DNA of 64,000 nt, from positions 4,192,747 through 4,256,746 of the forward strand of contig SMSO01000037.1 in assembly GCA_004764695.1 (NCBI GenBank), in the 5' to 3' direction. A program made the translations under genes and the position numbers. Each line of letters starts with the position of its first letter. The stretch's first letter is position 1. The notes below the pieces were generated by a model that was not told the origin of the DNA, made no database searches, and worked only from the letters and a program-made list of their open reading frames with translations. Below are positions 13,611-23,425 of the stretch, in pieces. The DNA comes from Schizochytrium sp. TIO01 (lineage: Eukaryota > Protista > Bigyra: Labyrinthulomycetes).

Positions 13611-14793
13611 TACGCGGTACGCCTCGGCCTTGCTGCTTTCTCAGTCAGTCCTTGCAGCAAACAGACTCCGATTGACTGCTACTTTGGCGACGCAGGTACG
13701 TGGCTCTCGGACAGAAGGGCGCAAGCTGGTGGGGGCAAAGGAAGACGTGGCGAGCACAGGCGAGGCTATGCCGCACCTCAAAACAATACTCGCCAGACAC
13801 GCTGAGCTCAGGGCGCGCTTCGCTTGGAGCTGACCTTTGAAATCGCGGGATGCGCGGCATTTATTCTTTCTTTTAGTCTCTCTTGTCCTGCCTCTTTGGT
13901 GTTTTCTTGGCCTTTTGCAATAAAAGATAGCGTCCGCGCACAGATCGTCTGCCACGAAGATGCTAGCTGTCGCGGCCCTCAGACATGGCGTGGCTTGGTA
14001 TAATTGGTTCAATTGCTCTCCCGTGTATCATGGAGTAGATAGAAATCAACGAGGTTACGTGCAGAACGGGACCCGCGAAGAGAATCGCGAGGAGCCTGGC
14101 TGTTTAGAAGTTTTATTTTCTTTTGAGGTAGCTCGTACCATACCTCATCCGATGTATACCTCATTGTTTGACTAGCCAATGCCTGTTGCTTGATTCTCTG
14201 TCTGGGGGTGAGCTACAATCGATCTTACCTTGTGAGCTGCTGTTTCTGTGCCTGTTTCTTTCGCTATCTATTCGTCTCTCTCTCTTTCTTTTTATTATTG
14301 CTACTATTACTACTTTTTAACTGCTATTGGTTTCCTATACAGCCTCTATATAGTAATAGTCTAGGGACAAGGACGGACAGGGATGGATACCACCCAAGAA
14401 GACGCCGATCAGTAGAGGGAAGGGGGGGGAGCTTTGGTTGCAAGGGTGAAAGGATATTCAAGAAGATAAAAAGATGATCAGTGGGACAGTGAGTGTTTCG
14501 TTGTAATGAACTTGAAAACTAACGCTAGTTATGGGATACATGGTTGATTATCTTAATCGATGGCGAACAAAACGGAACCTAATTTTTGTGAAAACAACAA
14601 ATGTGGGATTCGTGAATATACTTCAACTCTGGAATTTTGTTGTACTGGGGGAAATTGATATGATGTAATGCATAATGACCTTGACGTTCATTCTGCTGTG
14701 CTATGGGTTTTGACTCGGATCGACTGAAACGATCTGTTTCCACTCACCATCGATAGGTGCGGCGAGGTACCAAGGAATAATTTAATAAGAAAA

Positions 14794-15609
14794 ATGGCGA
14801 TGCGTTTCACCGCCACCAGGGCTGGCTCCCTCGCTCGCGAGACCAGCAAGATGCAGGTTCGCGCCATGAGCGCTGCTGGCAACCTTAAAATGGAGAAGAA
14901 GGCTGAGCGCATCAAGCACTTCAAGATCTACCGTTACGACCCGGACAGCAAGGGCAAGCCCACCATGGTTGACTACCCTGTGAACCTTAACGAGTGCGGT
15001 CCCATGGTTTTGGATGCTCTTATCAAGATCAAGAACGAGATGGATACCACCCTGACTTTCCGCCGTTCTTGCCGTGAGGGTATCTGTGGCAGCTGTGCCA
15101 TGAACATCGACGGTAGCAACACCCTTGCTTGCCTTGCCCACATTGACGACAAGCCTACCACTGTCATCTACCCTCTCCCGCACATGCACGTGGTTAAGGA
15201 TCTTGTACCCGACATGAACAACTTCTACAAACAGTACGCTTCCATCAAGCCCTGGCTTCACCGCAACGCTCCCAACTCCGACGGCCGCGAGACTCTCCAG
15301 AGCAAGGAGGACCGCGCCAAGCTCGACGGTATGTATGAATGCATTCTCTGCGCTTGCTGCTCCACTGCCTGCCCCAGTTACTGGTGGAACTCCGAAAAGT
15401 ACCTCGGACCGGCTGTACTTCAGCAGGCTTTCCGCTGGATCGATGACTCTCGTGATGAGGCCACCAAGGAGCGCCTTGAGGCCCTCGATGACACCTTCAA
15501 GCTCTTCCGCTGCCACACCATCATGAACTGCAGTAAGACCTGCCCTAAGCACCTCAACCCTGGTCGCGCTATTGCCAAGATCAAGAACCGCGTCCTCGCG
15601 ATGCACTAG
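14794..15609 (+). CDS. SDHB: Succinate dehydrogenase iron-sulfur subunit, mitochondrial
   Basis: [12 protein letters not shown] (2Fe-2S), [18 protein letters not shown] and [19 protein letters not shown] motifs; Arg/Ala-rich presequence; strong codon bias. Confidence 0.98.
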   Translation: MAMRFTATRAGSLARETSKMQVRAMSAAGNLKMEKKAERIKHFKIYRYDPDSKGKPTMVDYPVNLNECGPMVLDALIKIKNEMDTTLTFRRSCREGICGSCAMNIDGSNTLACLAHIDDKPTTVIYPLPHMHVVKDLVPDMNNFYKQYASIKPWLHRNAPNSDGRETLQSKEDRAKLDGMYECILCACCSTACPSYWWNSEKYLGPAVLQQAFRWIDDSRDEATKERLEALDDTFKLFRCHTIMNCSKTCPKHLNPGRAIAKIKNRVLAMH

Positions 15610-16773
15610 ATTAGCATAACTCCACAGCGAGAGAGATGATGTCATGTCAAATGTGAATCTGCGCTCTTGCGTTTTTCAGCTAGTGTTGCTGTCTTCCTTG
15701 TTTCGAACACCTTGTTAGGCATCCTCCTCCTCGGTTGCTTTTTCCGATTTCGTGATTGCTCTATTCAATTCAAGTTTGGCTTTTAGTTTGCTGCTAGTCG
15801 AGGTATTTTATCTTCGTTGCTTGAATCATCTTAGTTCATACAAACGAGCACGCTTTCGATTTTGTAGCCTGTAAACAAAGCACCCTTCTATAAGCTTGTT
15901 CATGTTTTGTCCTCCTCTTGATGAAAGTGGTAGTTCGGTTCGTCGGATGTTCACGACTTTGCTGTTCAAATTTTCAATGAGCTCTTGGAATTCTGCGCAC
16001 GGTTTCAACACACCACTATTATTATCTTATGCGAATCTGCCACCATTTCCCCACCTGCCTGCGTTTTTTAAATTATCTTAGCTGCCATCAATTGTCCATT
16101 GTCAATATAAACATGGAGATCTAATTTGCGGATCTCAAATTGGCGTATGGTACGCTTACTTCGTTGCTGGGTCAAAAGCAGCATGCAAATATGAAATGGA
16201 GGTTATTATGATCTACGCAAGGGCGATGGTTGCCTTGAACTCACTCTGCAATAGCTCACTTTAATACTATAATCATTCATTGAACTGATGATGAACAAGG
16301 AAAGCTCCTCGTTCAAAGAATGACGTCTTGTAGTGACCCTTGCATGTTACCTTGTGAATTGGTCTTTAATTTTTTTTAACAAAAACAAGATACTAAAACC
16401 ATGTTTGAGACTCTATTTGATCTATGAATTATGGCTAAAGAAAGTACCCTTCCACATCTTTAGTATCACCGTGAGGCTAAGTTATAGCCAAACATGCCAT
16501 TATATTCTAATCGTTTTTATCCTATAACTACCCAGGTAAGATTTTATTTTCTCTACTGGCGGACGATTTTAAAATAATATATATATTTATATATATTCAA
16601 GTTTAGAGTTATTAATTTATAAAGCCAAATTAATTAAAATAGTACTTTTTTAACTTATTATTGGTGACATTCCAATTTAAAGAAGAAACAGCAACAACAA
16701 ACCCTCGAGAATATTGAAACACAATGGTGAATTCCAAACCCAGGACGGAACCAGAAAGTTCATTTCAAGAACA

Positions 16774-17802
16774 ATGGCCTCCGGGGACGTGGTGGTGATC
16801 GCCGAGCTTTGGTGGTCGGGTTGGATCGCAGGATTTACTTCTGCAGGACTTGCGATCTTGTTGATTCTTGTTGGCCTATCCTTCCTCGCAGGTGGAGCTG
16901 ACGGTATCTTGGGACTCCGCGCAAGCTCACCATTTTGTGTAAAGAATCGTGAAGCAGTGATCACCGGTGGTGCTTCTGGGATTGGGCTTGAAGTCGCCCG
17001 CAAACTGCTTGCAAAAGGTTCTTATGTCCACCTTATAGATATCAACAAGGAGTCTTTAAATAAGGCCACACTAGAACTTGCTGAGTCTGTGGCAGGCTCT
17101 GCAGAAAACAAATTTTCAACCTATTTGTGCGATGTTACAAACTCTGCTGACTTTGCGCATGTCCTTGAAGATATTCAGCTTTCCGCGTGTAGTCGCAGCA
17201 ATCGAGTATCAATACTTATTAACAACGCTGGTACACTCAGTGGCAAATGTTGGCAAGACATGTCCCAGGGGGACTTCGAAAAGACAGTTGCAGTTTGCTC
17301 AATAGCTCATTTCACAGCTGCCAAAGCGCTAATACCTGACATGATCGCTAATCATGATGGGGCCATTGTCACGATATCCTCCTTAATGGGTTATTTGCCC
17401 GGAGTACAATTGGCAGATTACTGCGCTGCAAAGCACGCGGCGGTGGGCTTACACGATGCTCTACGTCTAGAGCTGGGCTCCAAGGGTATCCATTTTTTAC
17501 TGGTGTGTCCGTACTTAGTTGATACTGACATGTTTCGCGGCGCTTTTGATGCCCCCCACCTTTGGCTGGTTCGCAAATTGTTTCCAGCTTTACGAGTTGA
17601 ACATGTTGCGCAATCGATTGTAGACTCACTTCAGTCTCGTCGTTACCTTTTGGTTCTCCCACGTGTTTTATCACTTACCCCATTTCTTGCAAAGCTCCTT
17701 CCTGTGAAAATGTTTGAGTTTCTTATAGGGCTTGTGGGTGCCAGCGATGGTATGCGTACTGCGATAATTTCCCGGAAGGGACAAGAAGATGCTCAACAGT
17801 AG
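16774..17802 (+). CDS. Short-chain dehydrogenase/reductase, SDR16C-like (RDH10/HSD17B11-type), with N-terminal hydrophobic anchor
   Basis: TGGASGIG, NNAG and YCAAK motifs; first ATG at 16774 (the ORF track starts at an upstream TTG). Confidence 0.9.
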   Translation: MASGDVVVIAELWWSGWIAGFTSAGLAILLILVGLSFLAGGADGILGLRASSPFCVKNREAVITGGASGIGLEVARKLLAKGSYVHLIDINKESLNKATLELAESVAGSAENKFSTYLCDVTNSADFAHVLEDIQLSACSRSNRVSILINNAGTLSGKCWQDMSQGDFEKTVAVCSIAHFTAAKALIPDMIANHDGAIVTISSLMGYLPGVQLADYCAAKHAAVGLHDALRLELGSKGIHFLLVCPYLVDTDMFRGAFDAPHLWLVRKLFPALRVEHVAQSIVDSLQSRRYLLVLPRVLSLTPFLAKLLPVKMFEFLIGLVGASDGMRTAIISRKGQEDAQQ

Positions 17803-19518
17803 AGAGATAGAAATAATATTCGTCCAGCTTGATTCAAGCTATCTCTTATTGTTTTAAAATACGATCTTCTTTAACCCCCCCCCCACCCCCGACATCTATC
17901 ATAACTAAATTAGCCCTGTTCATGTTTGGCTCCCTGCACAGTTCTCATAGAGATTAAAGACCGATATAATATGGTCTTAAATTTCTTTGTGCTTACGATG
18001 ATTGCAAGGCTGGCGTTCACTTTGGAATCAACACTGTTTCCAAGCATTTAACAGTCCGATGAGATCGCTTTGCGCCCTGTGAACCTCAAATCATACAATG
18101 TTTGAATAAAAAGAGTAATGTGTCTGAAAGATCTTATGGGTAGATTTTTTTTCTCTGGCAAACGCAAGCTCACTACTTTGTTTCCAAACCTCGTGGGGAA
18201 ACTTTGGCAAATTTAAGCCAACTATTTTGTTAGCTAATCCCATGAAGAGATATACACGATGTCTCGTGCAGTTTTCTTGCTGGGCACTTGAACGTACTTA
18301 TAGCTTCAAGCAACGATTCAACATTCTAAGCGGGGCTATACGTTGATAGTCAACACCTAGTCGTACGTTGCCCCGGCCAAGGCTGAGAAGATGTCTCGGT
18401 CGTTTTCAACTGAGATCAAAACAGATGGCTCCTAAGCATCACAGTGACAATAGTACGGTTACCCCCTAGGGGAGGGGGTAACGGCAAATAGAAAGGAAAG
18501 AACCGCCTCAATCTTAGGTTGTACTTCAATGAACCAGGTATTCATTCCCTTTGATTGACTACTTTGCTAGTCTGTTTACACAGCCTTGCCAGCTTCCTTG
18601 ACAACCATTCCCATGAGTACAGTGAGTACTATTACAATACAGTCCCATACAAAGTCTCTCTAGGCTTCTTGTCAGACTAAGATTTGTAGTTTTGAAACTC
18701 ATACGGTACTCGCGCACACTGCCTTCTTCGTCTTGTGTTAACCCCATTTTACTTCACACTCTCGTTCTTTTTCTGTGCCACTGTCTCTTTCTTCGGGTTT
18801 CTAAAAAAATAGTTTAACGGATATAATCCGTTGCGTATTCCATGTTTTTTCTTTTGCACAGAATAGTGAACTTTAAGAGAGTTTCAAGGAATGAACTTAG
18901 TGTTTACTGGTCGATAAAAATGAACCGTCGGGAGCTAGGATGACTAACGTGTTCTTAGTGTAGTCTAAGGAAAAGATGTCTCCAAACCATTTGAGGTATC
19001 GGTGCACTATGAGATGATGCTTGATAGTGAACAACTCCATATTTTTTCCTTGAGGAAGTCTAAATTGCAAATTCTTTCTCCTTTGTTGGGGAGTTCTCAA
19101 CAAAGGGTTGTGGTGTACCCGACTATATTCCCTTGCAGCGTATGCCTTAAGCGAAATAACAAACCTTGTAGCTTAAAGCTCCAGAGCAAGGCGAATTGCG
19201 CTAGCTGCTCAAGCGTGTTCTTGAATCTGACCAAATTGCAAAGTCCATGAACAACAGGCGCGCCTGGCTTTAAGTTTTTTCAAGGCAAACTTATCGCTAG
19301 GCTCTGTCTAAGAAGGTACACATTAACGTCGAGCAATCGTGCTGGTTTAACTAGGCTAAAGAGTCTCCTCTTCTCGGCTTGTAGTACAGTTGCATGAATC
19401 AAAACTGCCTTCTTGATTGATCTTGCTTCATCTTGCTAGATCCGTAGTTTTGGAAGGCAGAAGCCGTAAACTAGACTCCTCTGTTGTCATTTGCTAGAAG
19501 AGAAGTTCACGGTGCAGC

Positions 19519-22500
19519 ATGTCAGAGGAGACAGAGCAACATAATTTAGAACACGAAGCAAGTATAAAAACTGGGGATGAATTTGATGACAATGCTACTC
19601 AACACTGTTCTGTTAGCCAAACTGGAAGTGATACTCAAAGCGAGGATTCCAATGATGCAGATAGCAAATTTGACTCTGTTATTCGCCCAGACTCAATTTC
19701 TACATTTCGATCATCTGCCTCCGCAATCGATCATTCCCCACCATCTGGGAAAACTAATGCGTCACTGTATGCATCGCTTGAAGCTGAGAATGAAATGTTG
19801 CGCAAGCGCATCGAACTGCTGGAAAACAAACTTCTAGAAATAGGCGTGGATCCTGAATCTGTTTGCTCAAATGAGCTGCTTGCATCCGAGAGTTCTGACA
19901 GTTTTCGATTCGGTGCAGGATACGAAAATACGAATGGCGGGGGCGCCGGTGCTGCTGGAACAGGTGGCGGGTTAAAGCGTCTAAGTCATCTGAGTTTTCG
20001 ATCATTTTCTCAGGGCATCGCAAGACATCACAGTGGGCGCGGTTTATCAGAAAAGGAGTCAACAACCAAGTCTAAAAGATCAAAAGCAGAGCAGAGCACC
20101 ACCTCTACGACAGAAGATGATCAAATGCTTTTGGGCTTTCAACACCGTCGCAGCCAACTCCGGCAGGAACGCTCCGTTGAACGTCAAGCAAGCATCCGTC
20201 TACTCCAAGTCGAGACCACAAACACTCCAAATTGTGAGGAGGGCCTTACAGAATTTCACAATACAGAGCAAAAAGGTGAAGATACTGAAAATGGTTCTGA
20301 TGAACCCCCCCTTGTTGCAAAACACTCTGATGACGTATTACGTCTTAAATCGGAAGGCTCAGATGGTGCGCCCCAAACTCTAACCAAAACGGAGTCAGGT
20401 AACTATTTGCTTCATGTCACACCATTCATGAAGACTGTTTCCAAAGCTGCTTTGGATTACGCAGCATCATCGACTGTGCCTGTATGCCAGCTACCCCGTG
20501 GTGGGGTTCATATTCAAACCAGTAAAGGGGCAATACAATTCGGAATACCCCCAGAAACAATCAAAGATTGTATGATGTCTGGGCTAGAAATTCCTCAATA
20601 TTACATTGTACCAAAAGATAGATTCAATCTAAAGTTAGGTATCAACATGTGCGAGGCTGAGTTTCCTGTGTATTTCAATTTTTTTATTCGTCAGGTCCGT
20701 ATGAACCTCGTTTCTACTCCTGCTGTAGGCAAAATTGTGCGTAGCATAATTGTTGAAACCTTGGAAGGACCGGAAGAAAAATTTCTTTATGTTGATCAAG
20801 AATATGCACAAAATGCCCCCCTTTCTGGTCGATATTCTTTTGCTGCGCGCCCTGATCACCTGAAAGAAATTAATTATTTCAAAGAGCCCAGGAATGGGCG
20901 CACAATTTCAGCCGACACCGCGGTCGGGTTTATCGATTTTTTGCCCTACCCAGAGCAAGTAGAGAAGCTCTCAGATGAGGCAAAACGGATTGTGCAAGAT
21001 ATTATTAGCCAAGGGCCCAAAAATTATCGCAAGCTCTCAGCTGCATCAACGTATGGAGATCTCGCCCCACATTGTAAGACCCCCCATACCTCATCTGCTA
21101 ACAATGGAGGACAGAGTAGAGGAAATGGAACTGACGAAACTGCGGAAAACATCACAGATAATGATGATTACAGAGAGGGTGATGGGGAATCTGATGGTGG
21201 AGACGGTCCACTCAATGAAGCTTCGCTCACGCATTCTCCACAGCAGGACATATCAGGGCAAGTAGAAAATTCGATACTAGTCGCTATTTTGGGAAATGGG
21301 TTAGAGATTATAGATGAAGGCGACGAGTACATTGTGCTAGACGACGGGAAACAAATTGCTCAAATAAAGAGTTTTTTATCCTCTTGGGCACCTCCTCAGC
21401 AGCTTAGTGTTACTACACCAGGATTTATTGTTGAGCCACCTGCCTTTGGAATTACCGTACTAGGCTCCTCACATGGATTTGATTCAAATGGTTCTACATC
21501 TGGATTTGTTCTATGGATCAATCGAAAAGGGATTATGGTCGACCCGCCACCCAACGCCACTGAGTATCTGCAACAATCAGGTATTGTTCCAAATATGATT
21601 AATGGCATAATCCTCACTCATTGCCATGCAGATCATGATGCCGGTACTTTTCAAAAGATTTTAAAGGAAGGAAAAACTACGCTAATAACAACGAAGACCA
21701 TCTATGAGAGCTTTATTCGCAAGTATTCTCTCATAAGTGGCTTCGAGGAAGCATTTTTGCAGTTGCTGTTCGAAAGTCGTCTTGTAAAAATTGGCGAAGA
21801 TGTGCACTGGGGTGGTGGCACTCTACGCTTTTTTTACAGCTTACATGCGCTCCCTTGTATTGGTTTTGAAGTCATGGTAGCTGGTAAGCGTTTCACCTAC
21901 TCCTCGGATACCTTTTACGATCCCGAAGGTTTAGTTGCGCTTCGAGACAAAAACTATCTTTCTAATGCTCGCTGTGATGCCCTACTGAATTTCCCATGGG
22001 ATTGTGATGTGATTGTACATGAAGCTGGAATCCCACCTATTCATACACCAATGAAGGCTCTTTCTGCACTCCCAGAAGATGTTAAAAAGCGGCTATATAT
22101 CATTCATATTGCGACTGCTAGTGCTGAGGGCTCCGAGTTCAAGTTAGCTCGTGCAGGCGTTGACAACACTATAGAAATCCCAATATCCACCTACGAGTAT
22201 GCCACATCTGCAGCTATTCTCCAGCTCCTCCGATCCACGGATATTTTCCGCCACTTTTCGATATCTCAAGCAAGTGATCTCTTACAGCTTTGTCGTCATC
22301 AAATATACAAAGCAGGCGAATATGTATGTAAAGCTGGAGATTTAGGAGATCGGTTTTTTGTTGTCCTGTCCGGATTTTGTAGGGTTGAATTTCCTGAAGG
22401 TTTTGGCGTAAATGCTAGTCTTGATCTTCACAAAGAACAGCGTGATGAAATCAGGGCAGGGCAGACCTTACAATTGAAAGCACACCAAATTTCACGAAAA

Positions 22501-23256
22501 GCAAGCGGGAACTCAGCAATTGCTAGTGTGCTATCTAACATGGGCACAAGCGAATCGTCGCTCATGTCAGGAGAAGAAGAGATTGTCAATCACACCAAAG
22601 AATTTGGGCCTGGTGATTATTTTGGAGAACTCGCGTTATTGTCAGATGACCGTCGACGTTCTGCCGATGTTATTGCAACAACAAATTTAACTCTGATCGA
22701 GTTGGACTCCCATGCTTTCCGATATTTACTTGATACAACACCTGGACTTGAATACCGTATGGAGAGACTTTCTCGAATCAGGTGTAGTTTGAGTTGGAAG
22801 GCAATCGGAGCAAACTCTGTCCTGTCTCGATTGAGGTCAACGCAGCGTTCTCAGCTTCAGTCAGTTCTGCAAGTCCAACATGTATCCGCAGGCACAAGGT
22901 TGTGGACAAAGGGAAAACCAGCTACGTGTGCATATTTGCTTGCAGGTGGGAAACTTGAAGTTCTAGAGATGCGTGACACCATGGGTGACCCATTTCGGGC
23001 AGGTGCATTTTTTTGTAACATTGCAAGTCTCATGAGCCACCGGCAGGTCAATCAGAGTCTAAACTCGAATCAAGAAAAGGATGATCGAAAGTTTTCTAGA
23101 AGCAAAATGAAACTTAAGGTAGTTTCCTCCAGAATCACGCTAGTGGCAAAGACAGATGCAGACCTGTATTACATTGAAGCCGATGATGTCTTGGAGTTTC
23201 TAGATTCAAACCCTGGAGTGTTTATTAATTTGATTGATAGTATTGTAATGGAATAA
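19519..23256 (+). CDS. Metallo-beta-lactamase-fold cyclic nucleotide phosphodiesterase with two C-terminal cNMP-binding domains (Dictyostelium PdeD/PdeE-like)
   Basis: THCHADHDAG metal-binding motif; GSSHGFD and IMVDPP; CNB phosphate-binding cassette FGELALL...RSADV; second, degenerate CNB; 1245-aa ORF. Confidence 0.85.
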   Translation: MSEETEQHNLEHEASIKTGDEFDDNATQHCSVSQTGSDTQSEDSNDADSKFDSVIRPDSISTFRSSASAIDHSPPSGKTNASLYASLEAENEMLRKRIELLENKLLEIGVDPESVCSNELLASESSDSFRFGAGYENTNGGGAGAAGTGGGLKRLSHLSFRSFSQGIARHHSGRGLSEKESTTKSKRSKAEQSTTSTTEDDQMLLGFQHRRSQLRQERSVERQASIRLLQVETTNTPNCEEGLTEFHNTEQKGEDTENGSDEPPLVAKHSDDVLRLKSEGSDGAPQTLTKTESGNYLLHVTPFMKTVSKAALDYAASSTVPVCQLPRGGVHIQTSKGAIQFGIPPETIKDCMMSGLEIPQYYIVPKDRFNLKLGINMCEAEFPVYFNFFIRQVRMNLVSTPAVGKIVRSIIVETLEGPEEKFLYVDQEYAQNAPLSGRYSFAARPDHLKEINYFKEPRNGRTISADTAVGFIDFLPYPEQVEKLSDEAKRIVQDIISQGPKNYRKLSAASTYGDLAPHCKTPHTSSANNGGQSRGNGTDETAENITDNDDYREGDGESDGGDGPLNEASLTHSPQQDISGQVENSILVAILGNGLEIIDEGDEYIVLDDGKQIAQIKSFLSSWAPPQQLSVTTPGFIVEPPAFGITVLGSSHGFDSNGSTSGFVLWINRKGIMVDPPPNATEYLQQSGIVPNMINGIILTHCHADHDAGTFQKILKEGKTTLITTKTIYESFIRKYSLISGFEEAFLQLLFESRLVKIGEDVHWGGGTLRFFYSLHALPCIGFEVMVAGKRFTYSSDTFYDPEGLVALRDKNYLSNARCDALLNFPWDCDVIVHEAGIPPIHTPMKALSALPEDVKKRLYIIHIATASAEGSEFKLARAGVDNTIEIPISTYEYATSAAILQLLRSTDIFRHFSISQASDLLQLCRHQIYKAGEYVCKAGDLGDRFFVVLSGFCRVEFPEGFGVNASLDLHKEQRDEIRAGQTLQLKAHQISRKASGNSAIASVLSNMGTSESSLMSGEEEIVNHTKEFGPGDYFGELALLSDDRRRSADVIATTNLTLIELDSHAFRYLLDTTPGLEYRMERLSRIRCSLSWKAIGANSVLSRLRSTQRSQLQSVLQVQHVSAGTRLWTKGKPATCAYLLAGGKLEVLEMRDTMGDPFRAGAFFCNIASLMSHRQVNQSLNSNQEKDDRKFSRSKMKLKVVSSRITLVAKTDADLYYIEADDVLEFLDSNPGVFINLIDSIVME

Positions 23257-23425
23257 TACAACAAATGCGTATGCATATTTTGCTGATCTTGAAGTGTGTA
23301 TGTTTGTTACTGGTTAAGCCCATACACTAACAATTTCCTGTTAGTCAGTAACGCTGTTGAAACTTTATGTCGACCAAGTGGTAGAAAGAAGAGGATAGGA
23401 GTCGAAAATGACAAATAATTTACAA

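Noticed and set aside
14489-14756. Possible 5'-UTR intron of SDHB (GTGAGT ... CTCAC ... TAG)
   Set aside because: Splice signals are plausible but cannot be supported without transcript data
14782-15645. 287-aa antisense ORF over SDHB
   Set aside because: Shadow of the strong codon bias in a highly expressed gene; no motifs of its own
18514-18520. AACCTAA on the minus strand as a telomerase template for TTAGG
   Set aside because: A 7-mer is expected several times by chance in 64 kb, and no convincing downstream pseudoknot was seen
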